Shown: positions 20,124 to 28,697, counted from the first letter of the stretch. The stretch: DNA of 32,335 nt from Promethearchaeota archaeon (GCA_048940445.1 JBHLON010000037.1:1-32335), one strand, 5' to 3'. The notes: a model not told the origin generated them from the letters alone. A program made the numbers and translations.

Positions 20124-21083
20124 CTAACTTTTTAAATTTTCCCATTCCTTAGGTGTTTGAGAAACTTTCTCCCTCCCACTAGGTTGGTGTATCTTTTTCC
20201 CTAAAGGACGAGTCTTTAGTGTACCTTCAAAATATGCTCTAATTCTCTTTTTAGCTACATTAATATATTCTAACTCTTTATCAACACCGATAACTTTTCT
20301 ATTATGTTTTATTCCTGCTATGAGACTTGAACCTACGCCACAATAAGGATCTAATACAAAATCATCTTCATTGGTTAAAGCTAAAATACACCTTTCAACC
20401 AATTCTACTGGAAATTGACAGGGGTGAATAGTTTTTTCGGGATGATTCGACTTAACATTTGGAAACTCCCAAACTGCGCTTTTCCAATCATTAAATAATA
20501 TTTTCCATACATCAGAAGGATTTTTTCCTAGAGGATTCCCAGAAGGCTTTCCTTTCTTAGGACCTTTATATGCTCTCTTGCCAGGATACTTATGTGGTAC
20601 TCTTACCTTATCTAAATTAAAAATATAGTCATCTGATTTTGTAAACCATAAAATTATTTCATATCTCCCTGAAAATCTATTTTTACAATGCAAACCATGC
20701 CCAAAATGCCAAACTATTCTATTTCTTAGTTTCAAGGAATGCTTTTTAAAAAGATTATAGAAATAAATATCCAGAGGAAATACTTCTCCTTCCTTTATGT
20801 AATTTCCCACTTCCCAACAAATACTTCCATTATCTGTTAATAACCTTACCAATTCCTTTATAACCAAATCTTGTTCCTTCAAATAATCTTCCAAATCTTT
20901 CTTGATTTCATAATCTTTACCTAAATTATATGGCGGAGATGTAATTATCAATCTAATTAACTTACTAGGAAGATTTTTTAGAAAATCATAAGTTAATCCC
21001 TGGTGTAGAACAATCTTTTCATTCACATCAAATTCTTTTGAAATTACTAACTCTCGGAAGGATGTAATCTTTTTCTGAATCAT
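20124..21083 (-). CDS. Site-specific DNA methyltransferase (N4/N6 family, beta order; SPPY suggests m4C)
   Basis: ITSPPYN catalytic motif precedes HPCQFP and the SAM-binding VLDPYCGVGS. Confidence 0.92.
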   Translation of the reverse strand: MIQKKITSFRELVISKEFDVNEKIVLHQGLTYDFLKNLPSKLIRLIITSPPYNLGKDYEIKKDLEDYLKEQDLVIKELVRLLTDNGSICWEVGNYIKEGEVFPLDIYFYNLFKKHSLKLRNRIVWHFGHGLHCKNRFSGRYEIILWFTKSDDYIFNLDKVRVPHKYPGKRAYKGPKKGKPSGNPLGKNPSDVWKILFNDWKSAVWEFPNVKSNHPEKTIHPCQFPVELVERCILALTNEDDFVLDPYCGVGSSLIAGIKHNRKVIGVDKELEYINVAKKRIRAYFEGTLKTRPLGKKIHQPSGREKVSQTPKEWENLKS

Positions 21084-21174
21084 AAGATTCTCAAATACAT
21101 ATATTGAAAGCTATATATATTTATTATAAGTTTTCTAAAATAAGTTTAGTTATTAATTTGTTAACTATTCAAGC

Positions 21175-21270
21175 TTTTTAAGAGATTGGGAATCGATTTT
21201 AGTATTTTTTTTTATATTCTTCAAATTCATTTCCAAGTAGATTTTCAAGAATTCGTTCTTCATAATTCAC
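21175..21270 (-). pseudogene. Decayed 3' fragment of an ICMT/PEMT-family methyltransferase
   Basis: Translates to VNYEERILENLLGNEFEEYKKK and, after a frameshift in an A-run, approximately ILKSIPNLLK. This matches VNFEESILEKKFSSQYLTYKRKVPKWIPNPFKK of 23271-23771. Confidence 0.6.
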
Positions 21271-21315
21271 AATTATTATGCTAGTTATCAATTTTTTAAC
21301 TAATAATTCGTTTTT

Positions 21316-21411
21316 TTAAGAATTATATGCTAAAATTGGAAATACTGTTGTAGTGATTATTAAAAATAGAATTAAAAATACCAAAAGAGTTCTTTTACTT
21401 CTTCAATTCAT
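21316..21411 (-). pseudogene. Degenerate third copy of the hydrophobic micro-ORF (TGA at codon 3)
   Basis: MN*RSKRTLLVFLILFLIITTTVFPILAYNS aligns with MKIRSKTIFLILLIFFLIISTMIAAILFI. Confidence 0.45.
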
Positions 21412-21483
21412 AAATCTTCAAAAAATCTATATATTTGCGTATTTTAAATAAAATTCTTTTGCTTAATTTGGATAAGATTTTCT

Positions 21484-22152
21484 CTAAGGTATCCAGGGAA
21501 TTGTTGTCCCTCTAGCACTAGCAATACTTTTGATAAACTTACTTATTAATAAAATCATCTCTACATGTCTGGGATCATATTTTCCAAAACGAATTAATTC
21601 ATCAATCCGATAGCTCACTAGCTTTCTATTTTCTTTTGAAGTATACATTTTAATAATTTTCCCGAATTTTAATAAGCTTAACAAGCATAATAATTCAATA
21701 TAAGGCTCATATTTATCAACTACAACCTTATTAATTTGTTCCAATAATGCCAACTTTAGTTCGGGTTGAACAGGAAACGAAAATGATATTTTTCTAAAAA
21801 CTTTTAAGAAAGACTTTTCTTTTATTTTCAAGATTCCTTGATTTTCTAAACGCTTTAAAATTATATGCCATAAGGTATACTTTCTTGAGAGAATATCAAT
21901 CCAACTTTTTAAACTGCGCACTTTCTTAGAATTATTTAAAATTCTAAGAATTTCATCTAAATATTTATCTCCAGTTCTGTTTACATCAATAACTATTATC
22001 TTCTTTTTTTCAATTAAAATTTTTTTTCTTAGAATCAAATCCATTAGCACAGCACCCGCTAAACATAAATCTTTAACCATAGCAGTTCTAGTATAATAGG
22101 ATCCTTTTGATTCATCAAGGATCAATAATAGATAATTATCACAGATTAGCAT
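21484..22152 (-). CDS. GPP34 / GOLPH3-Vps74 family protein
   Basis: MLICDNYLLLILDESKG, LAGAVLMDLILRKKI, TGDKYLDEIL, WI..L, LENQGIL fit the GPP34 pattern. ATG 22152 fits the family N-terminus better than GTG 22194. Confidence 0.8.
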   Translation of the reverse strand: MLICDNYLLLILDESKGSYYTRTAMVKDLCLAGAVLMDLILRKKILIEKKKIIVIDVNRTGDKYLDEILRILNNSKKVRSLKSWIDILSRKYTLWHIILKRLENQGILKIKEKSFLKVFRKISFSFPVQPELKLALLEQINKVVVDKYEPYIELLCLLSLLKFGKIIKMYTSKENRKLVSYRIDELIRFGKYDPRHVEMILLISKFIKSIASARGTTIPWIP

Positions 22153-22503
22153 TTTTGACTCAAAGTTTAATATTAATTTATTGGATATAAACACTAAATT
22201 TTTAAAAAATATCAGAATAATAAAGAGTATTATTATAATATAAGTGTTTGGGTACTCTTATCTCAGACTAAATGAAATTGAATAAGGATAAATATGAATG
22301 TATAGTTATTAGAAGTTTTTTAAGATATCCTTATTCGTTAATTTATTTACTATTTTAATTCTTATCTTAATCAAGGAATTTAATTAGGGAATTTGGTAAT
22401 GAGCTATCGAAATATTGCTATCTTCTGAAGTTTCATTGAGATAATCACCTATAATAGAAATCTTCTCCTGCTTATTTATTAGAAGACAAAATAAAATTCT
22501 GAT

Positions 22504-23067
22504 TTAACGTTTAAAAAAGGGAATTATAAAGGAGGTCTTTTTTCTATAAACAAGATATTCTTCTCCAAATCGTTTCTCAAGATTCTTTTCTTCCCATAAT
22601 TTGACTGCTAGAATTAATAGAACTAATACACTTGTTGAAAATACTAGTGTTAAAAACAATGAGTTCAATAAAAAGCCTAATCCATACCACATCAATACAT
22701 AGCCAAAGATCATTGGATTTCGTGTGTATTTATACGGTCCTGCTTTAACTAATTTAATCGTTTGTGTGTCATTTCTTGGTACAGGACTTCCTTCTCCTAG
22801 CTTATATATAGCCACATTTGACCAGACTCCCCAAAAAAGTCCGATTGTTAACATAATAATTCCTGGAATTAGATTATAGGGTGGATTAACTACTCTTGGT
22901 AAACCTAAAAAATTATCTACTATTAATGAGATAATAATCCCCATAGTAGGTAAAATTGCTAATACAAATATGCCGCTGCCAATTAGATATCTAATTCTCT
23001 TCTTTTTCCGAGCTGAATTAATGTTAATTTCTCTCACGTAGATTCGATTTTTCTCATTAATATTCAA
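22504..23067 (-). CDS. Isoprenylcysteine carboxyl methyltransferase (ICMT/PEMT) family membrane protein
   Basis: LVKAGPYKYTRNPMIFG and EEKNLEKRFGEEYLVYRKKT. Confidence 0.9.
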   Translation of the reverse strand: MNINEKNRIYVREININSARKKKRIRYLIGSGIFVLAILPTMGIIISLIVDNFLGLPRVVNPPYNLIPGIIMLTIGLFWGVWSNVAIYKLGEGSPVPRNDTQTIKLVKAGPYKYTRNPMIFGYVLMWYGLGFLLNSLFLTLVFSTSVLVLLILAVKLWEEKNLEKRFGEEYLVYRKKTSFIIPFFKR

Positions 23068-23142
23068 ACTATTAATAAATTAAGATTTAAAATAATATTT
23101 AAAACGTTGCTTTCTTTTCTTGTTGCTCTATATTATTTTCTC

Positions 23143-23232
23143 TCATATGAATAAGATGGCAGCTATCATAGTGGAGATTATCAAAAAGAAAATTAATAAA
23201 ATTAAAAAGATTGTTTTACTTCGTATTTTCAT
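23143..23232 (-). CDS. Putative 29-aa hydrophobic micropeptide (copy 1)
   Basis: MKIRSKTIFLILLIFFLIISTMIAAILFI; same length and upstream context (TTTTTGAAGAGAAATGAAA) as the copy at 25875-25964. Confidence 0.55.
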   Translation of the reverse strand: MKIRSKTIFLILLIFFLIISTMIAAILFI

Positions 23233-23270
23233 TTCTCTTCAAAAATCAAATATATATTTAGGTGAGCCCC

Positions 23271-23771
23271 TTATTTCTTAAAAGGATTTGGTATCCATTT
23301 TGGTACCTTTCTTTTATAGGTTAAATATTGGCTACTAAATTTCTTTTCTAAAATGGATTCTTCGAAATTTACCATTTTATCATATACCAAAAATATTAGA
23401 AAAAAGAGAGCAAATGAAATCAAAGAAATTGAGAAGGAAATAAAAGCGATATAGATTAATAAGATTCCGAAATACATAGGATTTCTAACATGACCAAGAA
23501 TTCCAGTAGTTATAAGCTTGTTTGGAGGTTGATGTGATTTAAATAAAACTCGATGTGATACTAATATAAAAGCCAGAGCAATAATTAAAATAATGATAAA
23601 TAATGGAAAACGAATAAATAAAGGTATATAATCATTTAAAATTGTAGAAAGTTGGAATATTTGAGAATCCAAGAACCAAACTACCATAAATATTATAGGT
23701 AATAAAATATGATATATATGAGCATGCGGAAATTCTCTTTCATGGCCTTCATGTCTTTTAACTTTCATCAT
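23271..23771 (-). CDS. ICMT/PEMT family membrane methyltransferase
   Basis: LITTGILGHVRNPMYFG, EESILEKKF..Y..Y..KVPKWIP. Confidence 0.9.
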   Translation of the reverse strand: MMKVKRHEGHEREFPHAHIYHILLPIIFMVVWFLDSQIFQLSTILNDYIPLFIRFPLFIIILIIALAFILVSHRVLFKSHQPPNKLITTGILGHVRNPMYFGILLIYIAFISFSISLISFALFFLIFLVYDKMVNFEESILEKKFSSQYLTYKRKVPKWIPNPFKK

Positions 23772-23891
23772 TAATTCTTCATTTGTAAGTTTTTAATAAT
23801 AGACTTATACATTTATTATTTACTTTTGATAGAGTCCAATTTTTTTTTAATAAATGTTCTTGTACAAACGATATTCAGATACTTGCATACT

Positions 23892-24647
23892 TTATAACAA
23901 ATATAGACTTAATATCATAACTATCATTCCGAGAATTATCCCTATAATCGAAAGATGTTCAAATCCACAATCCCGAGAAGCGGGGAGCAATTCATCGAGA
24001 GAAATATAAACCATAAAACCTCCTACACCAGAAAGCATTATACCTAATATAAAATCATTAATTAAGGGAAATAAAATTAATCCAACAATCAAGGCTCCAA
24101 TCGGTTCACTTATTCCTGAAATGAATGACCAGAAAAAAGCTTTTTTTCTATTCTTAGTTGACGTATAAATTGGAACTGCTACAGCAATTCCTTCTGGAAT
24201 ATTGTGAAGTGCTATTGCAAAGCACAATATAATCCCTAAATCAATAGTTTTTACAGTAGCTAAAAAAGTTGCCATTCCTTCGGGGAAATTGTGAATAAAA
24301 ATACCAATTGTGACCAATAACGACGTTTTTTGCCACTTTTCTTCTAAATTTCCTTGTTTATCTTCAAATTCATATTTATGGGAAATTGAAATATCAATAA
24401 CTAACATTAGGACCATCCCTATTAAAAAATAAATATGACCAAATAAGAAACCTAAGGTTTCTATCCCCTGCTGCAATAATTCCACAAAGGAAATTAAAAT
24501 CATTACTCCAGCAGAAAATCCCATTATTAGCGAGATAAACTTTTTGCTAGGTTCTTTCATAGCAAAAGCAATAAAACTGCCTATAGTGGTAGATAAACCT
24601 GCGATGGTAGTTAAAATAATTGCAAATAAAAAAGTTTCCGTAATTAT
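23892..24647 (-). CDS. zupT: ZIP-family zinc/metal transporter (ZupT/GufA); start extended beyond the ORF track
   Basis: GFSAGVM, HNFPEG, AIALHNIPEG, SGISEPIGA, ISLDELLP. The frame upstream of ATG 24560 encodes FLFAIILTTIAGLSTTIGSFI (first TM). The exact start is uncertain. Confidence 0.88.
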   Translation of the reverse strand: MITETFLFAIILTTIAGLSTTIGSFIAFAMKEPSKKFISLIMGFSAGVMILISFVELLQQGIETLGFLFGHIYFLIGMVLMLVIDISISHKYEFEDKQGNLEEKWQKTSLLVTIGIFIHNFPEGMATFLATVKTIDLGIILCFAIALHNIPEGIAVAVPIYTSTKNRKKAFFWSFISGISEPIGALIVGLILFPLINDFILGIMLSGVGGFMVYISLDELLPASRDCGFEHLSIIGIILGMIVMILSLYLL

Positions 24648-24720
24648 TACCCGTAATTTATATTTTTTATTTATTTAATAATCTTAAATGTTGTAACCAT
24701 TATTATCAAAATTTTAACAA

Positions 24721-25485
24721 CTATTTGACCCCATATAATAAACCCATTGTTTTAAGCTCAAATTTCAACAGCTTAGGTATTGGAATTTCAAAAATTGGTT
24801 CAATGAAATGAATTTCTTGAATGCCCCAATTCTTAATATTTCTGATTAAATCTCCAATTTCACCAAATCTTTTTTTATTTTTAAATGTGTCCTGTAGGGA
24901 AAATGCTCCTCCTTTTCTTAAAACCCGAAATGATTCACTTAAGAGGCTTCTTTTATCTTTAATATCCCGAACTTCATGATATACAAAATTACTCATAATA
25001 GCATCGAACTCACCGTCTTTAAAAGGTAATTTAGATGCTGATGCTTTTTTAAATAAAACATTGTTTGCCACGCCTTCAATTTTAGCATTTTCTTCACATT
25101 TAAGTTTAGAATAATTCCAAAATTTTCCCCAATAGTCAATTCCCATAACAGTTGAATCAGGAAATTTCTTAGCAAGCTCTATTGCTAATGCCCCTGATCC
25201 TGTACCAATATCAAGTGCCCTCCCTATTCCATCCCAAGGCAGTTTTTGAATAACTAAATTCCAGATTTTATACTGTAACTCTTTGTTATTTACTGTAAAT
25301 TTATAATACAAATATATTAAATATAAAAGAGGTAAAATAAGCAATCCTATAATGATCCATAATATAACTCTAGCGGTTAGAGAAATAGGAAATAAAGAAG
25401 GAATTAAAAGAATTAAAATTATACCTAATAAACAGTATAATAAATTTAATGGCACCCAATTTCCATAATCTGCTGATTCCTTGAT
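24721..25485 (-). CDS. Membrane-anchored class I SAM-dependent methyltransferase
   Basis: Two N-terminal TM helices, LDIGTGSG, GIDYWG, SNFVYHEV, RVLRKGG. The start is ATC 25485 (behind AGGTGG) or GTG 25455. Confidence 0.88.
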   Translation of the reverse strand: MKESADYGNWVPLNLLYCLLGIILILLIPSLFPISLTARVILWIIIGLLILPLLYLIYLYYKFTVNNKELQYKIWNLVIQKLPWDGIGRALDIGTGSGALAIELAKKFPDSTVMGIDYWGKFWNYSKLKCEENAKIEGVANNVLFKKASASKLPFKDGEFDAIMSNFVYHEVRDIKDKRSLLSESFRVLRKGGAFSLQDTFKNKKRFGEIGDLIRNIKNWGIQEIHFIEPIFEIPIPKLLKFELKTMGLLYGVK

Positions 25486-25874
25486 ATTTTACCACCTACA
25501 CACCTTATATCCTGCTTTTCATTCTAAATGGAAAGTATCCTATAAAATTATCAATTATGTTTTAAAAGTTCTATAGATTTATCATTTTAATATTTTGGAT
25601 TTCCTTTTTATATAATAATTTCTTAAAAGTACCGTATTTACGTCTATGTGTCTATTATTTTATAATTATTTTTATTATATTTAAACTTTCTAGGCTCACC
25701 TAAATTGATAAACAATATATTAAATAAGCTTATCTTAGAGTAAATTTTAAAGTATTAAAATTTAGAAGAGAGTATTAAAATATTAATAAGCCTATCCAAA
25801 ATTAATTATATGTTTATATAATCTAATGGTGGTAATTATTCTCAAAAATGATTTGGGGATTGAAGCATTTACTT

Positions 25875-25964
25875 TTACGAGAATAAGATGATAGTCGCAA
25901 TAGTAGGGATTATAAAAAGGAGTATTAATAGTATTATAACAAATGCTTTGTTTTGCTTTTTCAT
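25875..25964 (-). CDS. Putative 29-aa hydrophobic micropeptide (copy 2)
   Basis: MKKQNKAFVIILLILLFIIPTIATIILFS, paralogous to 23143-23232. Confidence 0.55.
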   Translation of the reverse strand: MKKQNKAFVIILLILLFIIPTIATIILFS

Positions 25965-26003
25965 TTCTCTTCAAAAAACATATTATTTAGTTTTGTAAAA
26001 TCC

Positions 26004-26153
26004 TTATTTCTTAAAAGGATTTGGAATCCATTTAGAGCCTTTCTTTTTGTAATTCAAATATTCTTCTCCAAAAATGTTTTCAAGAATATGTTCCTTAAAA
26101 TTTACCATCCAGTTATAAACTAAAAGTACTATAAAGAATAGTGCTAATTTCAT
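26004..26153 (-). pseudogene. 5'-truncated duplicate of the ICMT-family gene 23271-23771
   Basis: MKLALFFIVLLVYNWMVNFKEHILENIFGEEYLNYKKKGSKWIPNPFKK has the identical KWIPNPFKK* end but lacks the RNPMY motif. Confidence 0.8.
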
Positions 26154-26279
26154 AGAGATATTTAAATGTCTTTCAAAAGATTTGCCATCTATAAAATTAA
26201 GCTTTAACTTTTAATAGTGGGGCTTTATTGTCCCATCTTTATAGAATATGGAAATGAAAAAGTAGCTTAAGTAGAAGTC

Positions 26280-26501
26280 TTAAGAAATGGCTAATTCTTT
26301 TTTCAGAATTTTAAAGAACTGCTTTTTTTCATCTTTTGAAATATCTTCTATATCTCTTCCTCTTAGAGTGTAATAATCAGGAAATTTAATCATAATAGGT
26401 TTCAGTATACTTTCTATACCGACTTTTTTAAAATAAGAATTAAATTCTTCTCCATTCATTCCTTTTATATCATTATATGATAACATCTTTCTTCTAAACA
26501 C
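26280..26501 (-). CDS. Small hypothetical protein (73 aa)
   Basis: Free-standing ORF with soluble charged composition. Confidence 0.55.
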   Translation of the reverse strand: MFRRKMLSYNDIKGMNGEEFNSYFKKVGIESILKPIMIKFPDYYTLRGRDIEDISKDEKKQFFKILKKELAIS

Positions 26502-26666
26502 CTCGAACTATTAATTACTTAGAATAATTGGAGTTCCTTAATCTTTTTCAATATAATATAAAGTGATCTATATAATCTATATAGAAATCTGTTTTTGTTC
26601 TCAAAAATTAACCATTAAAACTAACAATATAGAAAGTTTTCTTTAGATTATAAAATAAGAGATGGG

Positions 26667-26784
26667 GCTGCGGTAATATACCGCAGCACATATACAAGCA
26701 AATAATTTAAAAAATTAAGAAGTTTTTAAAGTAATACAGAGGTTAAAGGTTACCGACAAACCTAATTTAACTGCTTGTATATGT
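26667..26784. other. Nested inverted repeats; candidate structured RNA or MITE-like element
   Basis: 9-bp GC-rich hairpin GCTGCGGTA-ATA-TACCGCAGC (26667-26687). It is directly followed by a 13-bp perfect IR, ACATATACAAGCA (26688-26700) / TGCTTGTATATGT (26772-26784). Confidence 0.55.
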
Positions 26785-26982
26785 CTATATTAGGTGATTC
26801 TTCTTCAATATATAATAATTTTCATAATAGAATACAGTGAATATATAATTCTATATAGAAATTCTCTAAAATATTAATCGAAAATTTCTTTTCTTATTTC
26901 GCAAAGTTTAAATAATAAATTATAATTATTTATAATTATATACTATTAAACATCACTAAGTAGCATTAAAAAAGAGATTATA

Positions 26983-27135
26983 ATGGAATCATGTATGATT
27001 GGAAAGGAAGCACAGGAATTAGATGAACAAAGTATTACCGAAAGGATGAAAATAAATAAAGCCTCCTTAAAAAAGATTTTTGGGGCAATGCTAGTATACT
27101 TGGTCATTATGACTCTATTCTTTTTTGTTTTATAG
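26983..27135 (+). CDS. Small protein (50 aa) with C-terminal TM anchor, upstream of TauE/SafE
   Basis: MESCMIGKEAQELDEQSITERMKINKASLKKIFGAMLVYLVIMTLFFFVL; ends 12 nt before the next ATG. Confidence 0.6.
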   Translation: MESCMIGKEAQELDEQSITERMKINKASLKKIFGAMLVYLVIMTLFFFVL

Positions 27136-27147
27136 GTGTTTTAATAG

Positions 27148-27939
27148 ATGGAGCTAATTCTTGTAATAATAATATTAGCTTTTATATTTGAAACACTTGA
27201 TTCAGCTGCTGGAATGGGCTTTGGGACGGGGATGTCACCACTACTATTATCAATGGGCTATACTTCACTTCAAGTTGTTCCAGCACTTTTAATTTCTGAA
27301 GCAATCACGGGTGTAATGGATGCTGTATTTGACCATGAATTTAAAAATGTACAATTTTCATTTCGACCTTTAAATGACACAACAAAAGTTACCTTGTATA
27401 TTGCAATGTTTGGTTGTTTAGCCACCTTCATTTCAGTTTTTCTTTCTCATTATGCAATTGTATTTCCTGAAGATATAATTAAAATATATGTAGCAGTATT
27501 AGTCGTTTTTATGGGCATACTTGGCTTATTAAGGCTAAAGTTAAGAAATCTTAAAACCTACAAATATAAACCTAAAATGCTGTTTGCTTTTTCAGCACTT
27601 GCTGGTTTTAATAAAGGCATTGGTGGTGGTGGGTATGGTCCAGTAGTAACTCTTGGAGAAATTTTTTCAGGTATTTATGAAAAAAGTGCCACTGCAATTG
27701 TTTCTTTTGCTGAAGGTTTAGTTTCAATAACTGGAATATTTGTATTTTTTGGTATCAGTTTTGCAGGAGTCAATGTTGATTTATTCTTACTCCCTTCTAT
27801 TTTTACAGGAGGTTTTTTTGCAGCAATATTGGCTCCATATATTGTAAGGGTATTACCTAATAAAATATGGAAATATCTAATTCCTGTTTATGCTTTTGGC
27901 ATAGGTATTTATCTCATATTAAAAATTTTTGTGTTATAA
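27148..27939 (+). CDS. TauE/SafE family sulfite/sulfur-compound exporter
   Basis: DSAAGMGFGTGMSPLL and GFNKGIGGGGYGP repeats, multiple TM helices, AGGTG RBS. Confidence 0.88.
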   Translation: MELILVIIILAFIFETLDSAAGMGFGTGMSPLLLSMGYTSLQVVPALLISEAITGVMDAVFDHEFKNVQFSFRPLNDTTKVTLYIAMFGCLATFISVFLSHYAIVFPEDIIKIYVAVLVVFMGILGLLRLKLRNLKTYKYKPKMLFAFSALAGFNKGIGGGGYGPVVTLGEIFSGIYEKSATAIVSFAEGLVSITGIFVFFGISFAGVNVDLFLLPSIFTGGFFAAILAPYIVRVLPNKIWKYLIPVYAFGIGIYLILKIFVL

Positions 27940-27947
27940 TTCTGTTT

Positions 27948-28697
27948 TTATTCTTTTCTAATTATAATGAACATCCAAGCTAAATAAGGTTCAATTTTTA
28001 CGTCAAGATTATTTATTTGAGATAAAATTTCTTTTACTTCCTCCCTAGTATAACTTGCTTTTAGCGACCCTAATGGCTCATTTATGTGCTTTAATGCTTT
28101 CGGTACCACTAACTTTGTGGCAAAAGTTAATAATCCATAAAAAAATCTTCTGGAATCTCTACGAAAATCAAAGATAAGTAGAACTCCATCTTTTTTTAAA
28201 ACGCGAATAAGCTCTTCGAGAGCTTTTTTTGGCTCAATCCAATGGTGTAATGAGAGTGAACTTATTACATAATCTATTGAATTATCCAAAAAAGGTAAAT
28301 TTTCAGCATTTCCTATTTTAAATTTTATCTTATCACTTACGCCTTTTTCTATTGCTCTTATTTTTGCTAGCTCGAGTAATTCTTTTGAAATATCAAGACC
28401 TAAAAGATCAAGCCCTTTAAAATTTTGAGCAATTTGAACGATGAGATTACCAGAACCACAACCAATATCAGCTACTAACCCTCTTAGATTATATTTCTTC
28501 AATTGAGTGATTATTTTTCTTCTTAATATCTTAAAAGGGAAGAAATTTGTCATTTTTTCAAATGCTTTTGCCACATTAGGGTCATCTATTCCTTCTATAC
28601 TAGATTTTCTTTCACTATTTTTACGAGGTAAACTAAAAATGAGGAATAAAATTATGATAAAACCGAATAGAATTAATAAAATGATACCAATGTTCAT
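27948..28697 (-). CDS. Class I SAM-dependent methyltransferase with N-terminal membrane anchor
   Basis: ADIGCGSG, GLDIS, GNAENLPF, SLHHW, RVLKKDG. Confidence 0.92.
   Translation of the reverse strand: MNIGIILLILFGFIIILFLIFSLPRKNSERKSSIEGIDDPNVAKAFEKMTNFFPFKILRRKIITQLKKYNLRGLVADIGCGSGNLIVQIAQNFKGLDLLGLDISKELLELAKIRAIEKGVSDKIKFKIGNAENLPFLDNSIDYVISSLSLHHWIEPKKALEELIRVLKKDGVLLIFDFRRDSRRFFYGLLTFATKLVVPKALKHINEPLGSLKASYTREEVKEILSQINNLDVKIEPYLAWMFIIIRKE

Noticed and set aside
21403-21405. Selenocysteine readthrough of the TGA in the third micro-ORF copy
   Set aside because: Paralogs have Ile/Lys rather than Cys at this position, no SECIS is evident, and the neighbouring DNA is decayed
22395-22452. 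AGGTGA-led 10-codon ORF MKLQKIAIFR on the minus strand
   Set aside because: Too short to support; probably a gene remnant or chance
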